Of a DNA stretch of 64,000 nucleotides, positions 1-9,132 are shown piece after piece. The position numbers and the translations under genes were made by a program. The DNA comes from Actinomycetes bacterium (GTDB taxonomy: Bacteria; Actinomycetota; Acidimicrobiia; Acidimicrobiales; Bog-793). Location: assembly GCA_021797795.1 (NCBI GenBank), contig JAJZZB010000005.1:4514-68513 (forward strand), read 5' to 3'. The stretch's first letter is position 1; each line of letters begins with the position of its first letter. The notes beneath the pieces are model-generated. The model saw nothing but the letters and a program-made list of their open reading frames with translations. It made no database searches and was not told the DNA's origin.

Positions 1-1
1 G

Positions 2-529
2 GGGATGACCCGATCGCCTGCCAAGGCGGAGGCTCTCGTGGCCCTCGGCGCCCGCCCCGTCGTGTGCGACGTCTTCGAGGGCGAGAGGCTCGAATCAGAG
101 CTCGTGTCGTTCGCCCCGGAGGTCCTCGTCCACCTCCTCACCGACCTCCCCGATGAGCCCTCCCGCATCGCCGAGCTCGCCGGTGTCAACAACAGGATCC
201 GCACCGAGGGGACGGCCAATCTCCTCTCGGCGGCACGGGCGGCTCGCTGTGGGAGGGTGCTCGCCGAGAGCGTCGCCTGGACGCTGCCGGGCGCTGGCGA
301 GGCTGCTGCCGCCGAGCTCGAGAGGTCGGTCCTCGCCGCCGGCGGAGTGGTGCTCCGCTACGGCCAGCTGTACGGCCCGGGCACGTACTACCCCGCCGAG
401 GCGCCGGGACCGCCCCGCGTGCACGTCGACGAGGCTGCTCACCGGACCATCGAGGCGCTCGAGGCACCGAGCGGTGTCGTCACGATCGTCGACGGGGCCG
501 GAGAGGGTGATCCTCCCCGCCGGAGCTGA
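2..529 (+). CDS. NAD(P)-binding NmrA/atypical-SDR-like oxidoreductase, 5' end outside window
   Basis: ORF 5..529. The translation begins mid-domain (AKAEALVALGARPVVCDV..., RYGQLYGPG) with no GxxGxxG N-terminus, so the ATG at 5 is probably internal. Family call by eye. Confidence 0.45.
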   Translation, partial: GMTRSPAKAEALVALGARPVVCDVFEGERLESELVSFAPEVLVHLLTDLPDEPSRIAELAGVNNRIRTEGTANLLSAARAARCGRVLAESVAWTLPGAGEAAAAELERSVLAAGGVVLRYGQLYGPGTYYPAEAPGPPRVHVDEAAHRTIEALEAPSGVVTIVDGAGEGDPPRRS

Positions 530-558
530 GCCCGTTGCCGTGCTCTGACGGCGACTCC

Positions 559-2256
559 TCAGCGCGTCGCGAGCGCCGGCCCGGGCTCACCTGCCGCTCG
601 CCGGTCGCCGAGGCTCCCGAGCAGATCCATCGCCTGGAGGGCAAGGCTGAGGCGGGTACGTGTGTCCTGGTCGTCGAGATCCTGGCGGAGGATGGCCGAG
701 ATCCGGTCGAGCCGGGCGTAGAGCGTGCGGCGCTGGATGCCGAGGGCCTGGATCGTCTCCGACTTCCGCCCGGCGTGGGCGAGGTAGGCCTCGAGGGTCG
801 GCAGCAGCTTCGACTTCCGCCCGGCGTCGTGGGCGAGGAGCGGCCGGAGCTCGGTATCGACGAAGCGGGAGAGCTCGGGGCCGCGGGCGAGCGGGAGCAG
901 CAGCTGATAGGTGCCGAGCTCTCCGAAGTGGTGCAGGCTCTGGCCCGAGGGGCCGCGCCGGCGGCCGAAGGCGAGGGCGGAGACCGCCTCGTCGAGCCCC
1001 TGGCGAAGCGAGTCGCCGTCGAGCTCGCCACTCGCCCCGGCAACGAGCTCGAGCGAGGGGTCCCTCGCCGCCGTGCGCTCGGCGACCGCCCCCACCACCG
1101 CCTCGAGGACGACGGCGATGGGGCGGCGGCCCGGTACGGCGACGAGGCCGAGGATCCGGTCGCCGTCGAGGCCGACGAGAGCCGCGCAGCCCCGTTCGCC
1201 TGCCGCCCGCCGGAGGTCCTCGGCCACCGCCAGGCGGGCCGCGAGGCGGTCCTCCTCCGTCACGGCGCGGCGTGCGGACCGCTCGTGGCCGCCCGTCGAC
1301 TCGAGCGCCAGCGCTGCCAGCCGCCCTCGCCCGAGGTCGACGCCGAGGCTCCGTGCCCGGGCCATGAGCTCGCCGCCCGAGGGGAGCCGGCCGGCGAGGA
1401 GGTCGCCGACGAGGGCGTTCCCGGCCCGGTCGGCGAGATGGGCGGCGTCCCGGTCCGAGAGCAGGGCGAGGCCGAGGGCGGCACCCGCCCGGTCGACGAG
1501 CAGCTCGCCGATCTCGTCGAGCCCGGCCCGGTCGGGGAGGACGTGCAGGCGGCCCCAGAGCTGATGGCGGAGCCAGATCCCGACGAAGAGGCAGCGCTCG
1601 TCGCCGGCCGCCTCCTGCACGCCGCCGAGCGCCGCCTCCTCGTGGCCGTGTGCCGAGTGCGCCTCCCACTCCCCGAGGGCGCCCTCGGCGCCGGCGCCGA
1701 TCGCCGCCACCTCGACCACGCGGCGGGTGGCGTCCTCGAGGACCACCGTGCAGCCGAAGATGCTCCCGAGCTCCTGGACGACCCGGCCGACGTCCGCCCC
1801 CGACAAGATGAGCTCGGTGAGCTGGCGGCTGACGCGCTCGGCGCGGCTCAGCAGCTCGTGCTGGTGGCTGATGATCGCCCGGTGGACCGTCTCGGTGAGC
1901 TCGACGTAGCGCGTCTCGTGTTCGAGGGCCACGAGGGGGAGCCCGCGGCGCTCCGCCTCGTCGACCATTTCCCGGGGGAGCTCGGCGAATCTCCGGCCGA
2001 GCTCGACGACGAGGCCCGCCACGCCCGCCCCGGCAAGCTCCCGGACGTACCGACGCTGCAGCGCCGCCGTCTCGCCGATCCCGAGCCCGGTGGTGAGGAG
2101 GAGCTCGCCGCCGCTCAGCAGGTGGGCGATGTCGGGCAGCTCGGCGACGTGCACCCAGCGCACGGGACGGTCGAGGTGATCGGAGCCGGCGAGCACGTTG
2201 GCGCCGGCGCCTGCGAGGGCGTCGCTCCCGAGCACGTCCCGGAGCGTGACGCCCAT
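559..2256 (-). CDS. PucR-family transcriptional regulator
   Basis: ORF 559..2484 trimmed to the ATG at 2256 (MGVTLRDVLG...). N-terminal purine-catabolism-regulator-like domain and C-terminal PucR-type HTH (TLEAYLAHAGRKSETIQALGIQRRTLYARLDRI). Divergent from the aminotransferase operon. Confidence 0.75.
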   Translation of the reverse strand: MGVTLRDVLGSDALAGAGANVLAGSDHLDRPVRWVHVAELPDIAHLLSGGELLLTTGLGIGETAALQRRYVRELAGAGVAGLVVELGRRFAELPREMVDEAERRGLPLVALEHETRYVELTETVHRAIISHQHELLSRAERVSRQLTELILSGADVGRVVQELGSIFGCTVVLEDATRRVVEVAAIGAGAEGALGEWEAHSAHGHEEAALGGVQEAAGDERCLFVGIWLRHQLWGRLHVLPDRAGLDEIGELLVDRAGAALGLALLSDRDAAHLADRAGNALVGDLLAGRLPSGGELMARARSLGVDLGRGRLAALALESTGGHERSARRAVTEEDRLAARLAVAEDLRRAAGERGCAALVGLDGDRILGLVAVPGRRPIAVVLEAVVGAVAERTAARDPSLELVAGASGELDGDSLRQGLDEAVSALAFGRRRGPSGQSLHHFGELGTYQLLLPLARGPELSRFVDTELRPLLAHDAGRKSKLLPTLEAYLAHAGRKSETIQALGIQRRTLYARLDRISAILRQDLDDQDTRTRLSLALQAMDLLGSLGDRRAAGEPGPALATR

Positions 2257-2359
2257 AGGTGCACAATAGTGGCGTAGTAGAGCATCTGTCTGCTCACTCT
2301 GTGCATTGTCCTTCGCAGACCCCGGTCGTACGCTTTGCGCGATCACAAGGAGCGACGCG
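2257..2359. promoter_or_regulatory. divergent control region between PucR and the aminotransferase operon
   Basis: 103-nt spacer, less GC-rich than the flanks. Direct repeat GTGCACAAT (2259-2267) / GTGCATTGT (2301-2309). SD AAGGAG at 2347-2352 lies before the ATG at 2360. Confidence 0.3.
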
Positions 2360-3700
2360 ATGAACGACGGATCACCCAGGGGCGGACTCTCGGCGAGCGA
2401 GATCGTGGAGTGGTCGACCCGGTACACCCTCTTCGACTGGGCGGTGCAGTCGAAGATCTCGCCCATCCCCGTGGCGAGCGCCAAGGGCGTCTACTTCTAC
2501 GACCCGGACGGCAAGCGGTACCTCGATTTCAACTCCCAGCTGATGAGCGTCAACATCGGCCACGGCGATCCCCGGGTGGTCGAGGCGGTGGCGAGGCAGA
2601 TCGAGACACTCTCGTACGTCAACTCAGCCGTCATGACGACCGAGGTCCGGGCTCTGCTCGGCCACAAGCTGGCCCAGCTCTTCCCCGGCGACATCGAGAA
2701 GTCCTTCTTCACCCTCGGTGGCGCCGAGGCGAACGAGAACGCCATCCGGATCGCGAAGGCCGTCACCGGGCGCCACAAGATCCTCGCCCGTTACCGCTCG
2801 TACCACGGGGCCACCGCGGGTGCCATCACGCTCACGGGCGACCCCCGGCGGTGGGCCAACGAGCCCGGCATCCCGGGCGTCGTCCACGTCCTCGACTTCT
2901 ACCACGGCACGACCCGGCCGATGGACTCCGCCGCCGAGGCGCTGCGCGCCCTCGAGGAGACCATCGAGCTCGAGGGGCCGGAGACGATCGCCGCCTTCAT
3001 CATCGAGCCGGTCACCGGCACGAACGGCATCCTCGTCCCGCCCGACGGCTACCTCGAGGGCGTCCGGGAGCTCTGCGACCGCTACGGCATCCTCATGATC
3101 GCCGACGAGGTCATGAGCGGCTTCGGCCGGACGGGCAGGTGGTTCGCCGTCGACCACTGGGGCGTCGTCCCCGACCTCATCACCTCGGCCAAGGGGCTCA
3201 CCTCGAGCTACGTCCCGCTCGGCGCCGTCGGGATCCGCCCCGAGATCGCGACCTACTTCGACGAGCACCCCTTCACCGGCGGCCTCACCTACAACTCGCA
3301 CCCCGTCGCCCTGGCAGCCGCCCTGGCCACCATCGGCGTCTACGAGGAGGACGGTCTCATCGAGCACAGCGCCAAGATGGGCGACGTGATGCGCCGCCAC
3401 CACGAGGAGCTTGCGGCCCGGCACCCCTCGGTCGGCGGGCACCGCAACATCGGGCTGTTCGGCTGCCTCGAGATCGTGCGCAACCGCGAGACCGGCGAGC
3501 CGATGGCGCCGTTCAACTCGGGGAGCCCGGAGATGGCCGAGCTCTCCCGCTTCGCCCTCGACCACGGCGTCTTTGTGAACCTGCACTGGAACCAGGTCAT
3601 GACCAACCCGCCGCTGTGCATCACCGAGGCTGAGCTGGCCGAGGGCTTCGAGGTGCTCGACCAGGCGCTCGAGGTCACCGACCGGGCCGTCACCGGCTGA
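2360..3700 (+). CDS. class III (omega) aminotransferase, beta-alanine/amine:pyruvate type
   Basis: ORF 2306..3700. I prefer the ATG at 2360, preceded by AAGGAG. Class III aminotransferase blocks: GVYFYDPDGKRYLDFNSQLMSVNIGHG, ADEVMSGFGRTGRWFA, ITSAKGLTS (PLP lysine). Confidence 0.8.
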   Translation: MNDGSPRGGLSASEIVEWSTRYTLFDWAVQSKISPIPVASAKGVYFYDPDGKRYLDFNSQLMSVNIGHGDPRVVEAVARQIETLSYVNSAVMTTEVRALLGHKLAQLFPGDIEKSFFTLGGAEANENAIRIAKAVTGRHKILARYRSYHGATAGAITLTGDPRRWANEPGIPGVVHVLDFYHGTTRPMDSAAEALRALEETIELEGPETIAAFIIEPVTGTNGILVPPDGYLEGVRELCDRYGILMIADEVMSGFGRTGRWFAVDHWGVVPDLITSAKGLTSSYVPLGAVGIRPEIATYFDEHPFTGGLTYNSHPVALAAALATIGVYEEDGLIEHSAKMGDVMRRHHEELAARHPSVGGHRNIGLFGCLEIVRNRETGEPMAPFNSGSPEMAELSRFALDHGVFVNLHWNQVMTNPPLCITEAELAEGFEVLDQALEVTDRAVTG

Positions 3701-3751
3701 GTGCCCGGCGCGCACGCCGGAACGAGAACGCCCCAGCAACGAGGAGGAATT

Positions 3752-5242
3752 GTGGATCTCATCACTCACTACGTCGGCGGGAAGTCCGTCCCCGGCGAGT
3801 CGGGCAGGCGCGGCGACGTCTTCAACCCCGCCACCGGGGAGAAGACCCACGAGGTCGACCTCGCGAGCATCGAGGAGGTGGACCGCGCCGTCAGGACAGC
3901 CCGCAGCGCCGCACCGGGCTGGCGGGCGACCTCGCTCGCCAGGCGCAACGAGATCATGTTCTCCGTCCGCCAGGTGCTCGACGCCCACCGCAGCGAGCTG
4001 GCGGCCGCCGTCACGGCCCAGCACGGCAAGGTGCTCTCCGACGCCATGGGCGAGGTTGCCCGTGGCATCGAGAACGTCGACTTCGCCTGCGGCATCCCGA
4101 ACCAGCTGGCCGGGCGCTATTCCGAGCAGGCGTCGACCGGCGTGGACGTCTACTCGATCCGCCAGCCGCTCGGCGTCGTGGCCGGAATCACGCCTTTCAA
4201 CTTCCCGGTCATGGTCCCCATGTGGATGTTCGCCAACGCCATCGCCTGCGGCAACACCTTCGTGCTGAAGCCGTCCGAGAAGGACCCGCTCGCCTCGGTG
4301 CTCCTCGCCGAGCTGCTGTCGGACGCCGGTCTTCCCGACGGCGTGTTCAACGTCGTCCACGGCGACAAGGTGGCGGTGGACGCCATCCTCGCCCACCCCG
4401 AGGTGGCGGCCGTCTCCTTCGTGGGCTCCACCCCGATCGCCCGCTACATCTACGAGGAGGCCGCCAAGGCGGGCAAGCGGGTGCAGGCCCTCGGCGGGGC
4501 GAAGAACCACATGGTGGTCCTCCCCGACGCGGACGTCGACATGGCGGCTGACGCTGCCGTCTCGGCCGGCTACGGCTCGGCGGGCGAGCGCTGCATGGCC
4601 ATCTCGGTCGTCGTCGCCGTCGGCCGGGTCGCCGACCCGCTCGTCGAGGCGATCACCTCCCGGCTCCCGAACCTGAGGATCGGCGACGGCAGCGACCCGG
4701 CGTCGGAGATGGGCCCGCTCGTCACGAGAGAGCACCGCGACAAGGTGGCGTCCTACCTCGACTCCGCCCGGGACCAGGGTGGGACGGTGCTCGTCGACGG
4801 CCGGCAGCACGAGCGCTACCGCGAGGGCGGCTTCTTCCTCGGCGCCTCGCTCGTCGACCACGTCACGACGGAGATGGACTGCTACCGGGACGAGATCTTC
4901 GGCCCGGTCCTCTCGGTGGTGCGCGTCGACTCCTACGACGAGGCGATGGAGCTCGTCAACTCCAACCCGTGGGGCAACGGGGCGGCGATCTTCACGAGGG
5001 ACGGGGGAGCGGCGCGCCGATTCCAGTTCGAGGTCGAGGCCGGGATGGTGGGCGTCAACGTGCCGATACCGGTGCCGGTCGGCTACTTCTCCTTCGGGGG
5101 CTGGAAGCACTCGCTCTTCGGCGACACCCACATCTACGGACCCGAGAGCGTGAGCTTCTACACCCGGGGCAAGGTGCTGACGAGCCGGTGGCCGGACCCG
5201 TCCACGAGCTCGATCGACCTCGGCTTCCCCCGGAACCACTGA
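3752..5242 (+). CDS. mmsA: CoA-acylating methylmalonate/malonate-semialdehyde dehydrogenase
   Basis: ORF 3701..5242 trimmed to the GTG at 3752, after GAGGAGG at 3741-3747. MmsA/IolA-like blocks: GITPFNFPVMVPMWMFANAIACGNTFVLKPSE, GERCMA, GVNVPIPVP, FGGWKHSLFGD. Confidence 0.8.
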   Translation: MDLITHYVGGKSVPGESGRRGDVFNPATGEKTHEVDLASIEEVDRAVRTARSAAPGWRATSLARRNEIMFSVRQVLDAHRSELAAAVTAQHGKVLSDAMGEVARGIENVDFACGIPNQLAGRYSEQASTGVDVYSIRQPLGVVAGITPFNFPVMVPMWMFANAIACGNTFVLKPSEKDPLASVLLAELLSDAGLPDGVFNVVHGDKVAVDAILAHPEVAAVSFVGSTPIARYIYEEAAKAGKRVQALGGAKNHMVVLPDADVDMAADAAVSAGYGSAGERCMAISVVVAVGRVADPLVEAITSRLPNLRIGDGSDPASEMGPLVTREHRDKVASYLDSARDQGGTVLVDGRQHERYREGGFFLGASLVDHVTTEMDCYRDEIFGPVLSVVRVDSYDEAMELVNSNPWGNGAAIFTRDGGAARRFQFEVEAGMVGVNVPIPVPVGYFSFGGWKHSLFGDTHIYGPESVSFYTRGKVLTSRWPDPSTSSIDLGFPRNH

Positions 5243-5246
5243 GGCG

Positions 5247-6266
5247 ATGAAGGTCCACACGGTCCTCCCGGGACCGGACGAGTACGCCTGGACCTTCGGG
5301 GGCGAGGAAGCGCGGGTGACGATCGCCCCGGGTGACGTCGTCGAGCTGTTCACAGAGGACTGCTTCGCCGGCCGGATCCAGGGCCTCGACGACCTGCCGT
5401 CACGGCGCATCACGTATCCCTACATCAATCCCCAGACCGGGCCGTTCCACGTCGAAGGGGCGGAGCCCGGCGACACGCTCGCCGTCCACCTCATCGACGT
5501 ACGCCCGGCCCGGAACTGGGCGGTGAGCACGACCGTCGAGCTGTTCGGGGCGCTCACCGGGACCAGGTACACCGCATCACTCCAGCCGCCGCTGCCCGAG
5601 CGGGTGTGGCGCTACGACATCGACGTCGTCAGCGGCGGCGTCGAGTTCGCTGCCCTCGACTCCGACCACCGCGTCCGCCTCCCGCTCGAGCCTTTCCACG
5701 GAACGATCGGCGTGGCGCCGGCGGCCTTCGAGGTCCGCAACGTCCTTGTTCCCGAGGCCTTCGGGGGCAACATGGACTCACCTGAGGTGTGCCCCGGCGC
5801 CACGGTCTATCTCGGGGTGAACGTGCCGGGGGCGCTGTTCTCGCTCGGTGACGGCCACTGCACCATGGGAGAGGGCGAGGCCTGCGGCGTGGCGGTGGAG
5901 GGCGCCATGGACACCGTCCTCACCGTCGAGGTGCTGAAAGGCACCTTCTGCGAGTGGCCCCGCATCGAGAGCGACGAGGCCGTCATGGTGGCCGGCTCGT
6001 ACCGGCCCCTCGAGGACGCCTTCCGCATCGCCCACGTCGAGATGGTGCACTGGGTGTCCGAGACGACCGGTCTCTCGGTGATGGACGCCTACCAGCTCGT
6101 CTCCCAGGCCGCCCGCTCGAGGATCGCGAACGTCTGCGATGCCAACTACACCGTGCTCGCCAAGGTCCCGAAAACCCTGTTGCCGGAGGTGGAGTGGATG
6201 GGCGGCACCCACGCCCGGCTCCGTCAGGTGGCCGCCGCCTATACGAGCAGGGGCGCCCGGGCCTGA
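5247..6266 (+). CDS. acetamidase/formamidase (FmdA/AmdA) family amidase
   Basis: 339-aa ORF starting 4 nt after mmsA. FmdA_AmdA-like motif TGPFHVEGAEPGDTLAVHLIDVRP, plus DGHCTMGEGE. Confidence 0.65.
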   Translation: MKVHTVLPGPDEYAWTFGGEEARVTIAPGDVVELFTEDCFAGRIQGLDDLPSRRITYPYINPQTGPFHVEGAEPGDTLAVHLIDVRPARNWAVSTTVELFGALTGTRYTASLQPPLPERVWRYDIDVVSGGVEFAALDSDHRVRLPLEPFHGTIGVAPAAFEVRNVLVPEAFGGNMDSPEVCPGATVYLGVNVPGALFSLGDGHCTMGEGEACGVAVEGAMDTVLTVEVLKGTFCEWPRIESDEAVMVAGSYRPLEDAFRIAHVEMVHWVSETTGLSVMDAYQLVSQAARSRIANVCDANYTVLAKVPKTLLPEVEWMGGTHARLRQVAAAYTSRGARA

Positions 6267-6279
6267 GCCCGGTGCGGCC

Positions 6280-7527
6280 TCAGGTGGCGGCCTCCTCGGT
6301 GAGCATGTCCCTCGAGTAGCCGGCGATCTCCTTGTAGCGCTCGGTGATGGCGGCGAGCTCCTCGCCGGAGATGACGTCCTCGATCCGTCCGAAGCGCCGG
6401 TCGCCGGTGCGCCGGTACACCTCTCCCAAGATGGCGTCGGGCGGCATGGTCCGGTTCGCCAGCACCACCCGACCCGTTGCGGCGATCCGCTGCTCCTCAT
6501 AGGAGCGGAGGGCGCCCTCACCGGGGCCGTTGGCGTAAAGGGCGTCGGCGAGGCAGCGAGCATCGAGGATGGCCTGACCGGCACCGTTGGAACCCCGCGG
6601 CACCATGGGGTGGGCAGCGTCGCCGAGCAGCGTTACCCTTCCCTTCCCCCACCACCCGAGCGGGTCCTGGTCGACCATCGGGTACTCGAGGACGAGCTCG
6701 GTCGCCCGGAGGAAGGCGGGGACGTCGAGCCAGTCGAAGTGCCAGTCGGCGAAGGCGGCGACGAAGTCCTCGACCGAGCCCGCCCGGTTCCAGTCCCGCT
6801 CGGCCCGCATGGGGCCGGCGATCTCCACCACCCAGTTGGCGAGCTGACGGCCCTCGGTGTCGATCGAGTTGCGAACGGGGTAGATCACGAGCTTCCCACT
6901 GGCGAGCCAGCCGGCCCGCACCATGCTCGCTCCTGACAGGATGGGTTCCCACACGGTGACGCCCCGCCACATGTTGTACCCGGAGTACTTGGGCGGGCCC
7001 TCCTCGGGGTGTAGCTGCCGGCGGATGACGGAGTGGACGCCGTCGCAGCCGACGACGACCGGGGAGGAGACCTCCTCTACGCCCCCGTTGGCCTCGAGCT
7101 TGAGCACTACCTCGGTGCCCGTCGTCGCCTCGAGGGCGAGAGCGCGCGTCCCGGTCCGCACCGGCCCGACGCGCCGCTCGACCTCCTCGTGCAGCACCGA
7201 CTGCAGGTCGCCGCGGTGGATCGACAGCTGCGGGAAGTCGTAGCCGGCGAAGCGCCCGAGCGGCTCGGTGTATACGTGCTGGCCGAATCGGTTGAAGAAG
7301 ACCGCCTGGTCGGTCGCCACGGCCACCGCCTCCAGCGCCTCGAGCAGGCCGAGGCGGCCGAGCTCCTTGGCCGCGTGGGGAAGGATGTTGATGCCTACAC
7401 CGGTGGCGGTGATCTCCGGGGCCGCCTCGTAGACCCGGCAGCCGATCCCGCGGTGGGCGAGCTCGAGCGCGAGGGTCAACCCGCCGATTCCTCCACCGAC
7501 GATCGCCACCTCTCCGTCGCTGCTCAC
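6280..7527 (-). CDS. FAD-dependent aromatic monooxygenase (salicylate / 3-hydroxybenzoate 6-hydroxylase-like)
   Basis: The 896-aa ORF 6280..8970 is trimmed to the GTG at 7527, 7 nt after GGAGG (rc of 7535-7539). FAD fingerprint VAIVGGGIGGLTLA, plus GDAAHPMVPRGSNGAGQAILDA. The upstream part of the long ORF is antisense to the dioxygenase gene. Confidence 0.75.
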   Translation of the reverse strand: MSSDGEVAIVGGGIGGLTLALELAHRGIGCRVYEAAPEITATGVGINILPHAAKELGRLGLLEALEAVAVATDQAVFFNRFGQHVYTEPLGRFAGYDFPQLSIHRGDLQSVLHEEVERRVGPVRTGTRALALEATTGTEVVLKLEANGGVEEVSSPVVVGCDGVHSVIRRQLHPEEGPPKYSGYNMWRGVTVWEPILSGASMVRAGWLASGKLVIYPVRNSIDTEGRQLANWVVEIAGPMRAERDWNRAGSVEDFVAAFADWHFDWLDVPAFLRATELVLEYPMVDQDPLGWWGKGRVTLLGDAAHPMVPRGSNGAGQAILDARCLADALYANGPGEGALRSYEEQRIAATGRVVLANRTMPPDAILGEVYRRTGDRRFGRIEDVISGEELAAITERYKEIAGYSRDMLTEEAAT

Positions 7528-7719
7528 ATCGCTACCTCCGCGCCGTGACCATCTGCATTCCGCGATGGTGGACGGCATGTCGTCCGTCGTGCGCAGAGCA
7601 GAATAACGCCGGTCGATCCGCTGCGACCCTCCGGTGTGCGGTCCGCGGTGCCCGATCGGCGTTGCGCGTGGCGAAATGGTGCTGCGTAGGATTCCGTCAC
7701 TGGACACTGGAGGGCGGAG

Positions 7720-8799
7720 ATGAGCACGGCCGACGTCAGCACCACCGAACTCGACGCCTTCTACGCCCGGGTCGCCGGCGCGCAGCTGCAGCCTCTCTGG
7801 ACCCAGGGACGCTCGCTCCAGCCCTTCGCGCCGGCGCCCAGCACCAGGGCCCACCTCTGGGAGGGCGCAACAGTGCGCCGGCTCGCCGAGGAGTCCGGCC
7901 GCCTGATCGGCATCGACCAGGGAGGGGACCGGCGAGTCCTCTCCCTGGCGAACCCGGGGCTCGGCGGCGCGCCCTTCGCTACATCCACGCTGTGGGGAGC
8001 TGTCCAGTACCTCGGCCCGCACGAGTCCGCTCCCGCCCACCGCCACTCGCAGGCGGCCCTGCGTTTCGTCCTCGAGGGCAGCGGGACCTGGACCACTGTC
8101 AACGGTGACGCCTGTGACATGGATCCCGGCGACCTCGTGCTCACGCCGGCATGGACCTGGCACGACCACACCAACGGCGGCGACGAGCCGATGATCTGGT
8201 TCGACGGCCTCGACATGCCGCTCGTCAACATGCTCGACGCCCAGTTCTTCGAGCGCTTCGGCTCCCCGCTGCAGCAGGTGGAGGGCCGCAACCTGTCGGC
8301 CACCGCCTTCGGCGGCTCGGGCGAGGGCTTCGCCGACGAGGCGCGCCCGCCGTCGGAAGAGGAGGACTGGAGTCCCCTGTTCGTCTACCGCTGGGAGCGG
8401 ACGGATGCCGAGCTGTCCCGCCGGCTCGCCGCCACCGGAGACGGTGTGGCCGAGCTCGACTTCGTGAGCCCCCGCAGCGGACGGGCGGTCCTTGCGACGC
8501 TTGGGTGCCACATGGTGCGGCTTGCAGCAGGCTCCTCCACCCTGACGAGGAGAAAGGTCGGCTCGTCGGTCTACGTCGCCTGGTCGGGAGAAGGGCGAAG
8601 CGTCATCGGTGGCACCGAGCTCACCTGGGAGGCGGGCGACTTCTTCTGCTCCCCCTCGTGGGCCTACGTCGACCACCACGCCGCCTCGCAGTCGGACCTC
8701 TTCGAGCTCTCGGACCGGCCGGCCCTCGAGGCACTTCACCTGTTTCGCCAGGAGGTCGCCCCCGATCCGCAGCCGGTGACCTCGCGCCTGTCCAGCTGA
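7720..8799 (+). CDS. gentisate 1,2-dioxygenase (bicupin)
   Basis: 359-aa ORF. GDO-like N-terminus (LDAFYARVAGAQLQPLW) and cupin His motif (HESAPAHRHSQAALRFVLEG...WHDH). Confidence 0.8.
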   Translation: MSTADVSTTELDAFYARVAGAQLQPLWTQGRSLQPFAPAPSTRAHLWEGATVRRLAEESGRLIGIDQGGDRRVLSLANPGLGGAPFATSTLWGAVQYLGPHESAPAHRHSQAALRFVLEGSGTWTTVNGDACDMDPGDLVLTPAWTWHDHTNGGDEPMIWFDGLDMPLVNMLDAQFFERFGSPLQQVEGRNLSATAFGGSGEGFADEARPPSEEEDWSPLFVYRWERTDAELSRRLAATGDGVAELDFVSPRSGRAVLATLGCHMVRLAAGSSTLTRRKVGSSVYVAWSGEGRSVIGGTELTWEAGDFFCSPSWAYVDHHAASQSDLFELSDRPALEALHLFRQEVAPDPQPVTSRLSS

Positions 8800-8828
8800 C
8801 CTCCGCGCTCGGGACGGCAACGGCACCT

Positions 8829-8849
8829 GCCAGGCGGTGAGCGCCTGGC
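8829..8849 (+). terminator. stem-loop 30 nt downstream of the dioxygenase stop
   Basis: GCCAGGCG-GTGAG-CGCCTGGC: 8-bp perfect stem with a 5-nt loop and no U-tract. It may attenuate read-through into the FAH operon, which starts 284 nt later. Confidence 0.3.
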
Positions 8850-9132
8850 GATCCCCGGCGGCCTGACCGGCAGCCGGAGGAGGGAGTTCCGTCGGCGGAG
8901 TCCCGGTCCCAGAGTCGAGTTCTCGTCGCGTGCGGGTCGGGCGTCGCCACCCTGCACGAACAAAGTGCACTGATCGCGCGCCGCGAGCGTCGCCCGGGCT
9001 CGTCCGAGCCTTGCGACCGCGGGGGCTCTGTGGTTAGGTGTTGCAGCATACGCACGCCGGGCAGCTTCACGTTCCGCATGGCGGAATAAGTTGCCGGCAA
9101 AGCCGGTCCATCGAGGGAGGAGCACGCGCAGG

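Noticed and set aside
2624-5413. Very long antisense or alternative-frame ORFs. Examples: 2624..5413 (-) 929 aa, 535..2277 (+) 580 aa, 36332..38182 (-) 616 aa, 46562..48775 (-) 737 aa, 59256..61145 (-) 629 aa, 24021..25256 (-) 411 aa.
   Set aside because: They lie opposite or out of frame to genes with clear family motifs. Their translations are Arg/Pro/Gly/Ala-dominated low-complexity strings, typical of stop-codon-poor frames in GC-rich DNA.
7528-8970. The N-terminal 480 aa of the 896-aa ORF 6280..8970 (-), and similar long 5' extensions of ORFs starting at 10177, 15133, 15984, 17596, 19281, 21876, 24390, 24620, 25852, 37869, 38165, 46394 and 51615.
   Set aside because: The extensions overlap upstream genes in another frame, have junk-like composition and lack homology. 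Each gene has an internal ATG or GTG that either overlaps the upstream stop codon (ATGA/GTGA) or follows a Shine-Dalgarno sequence.
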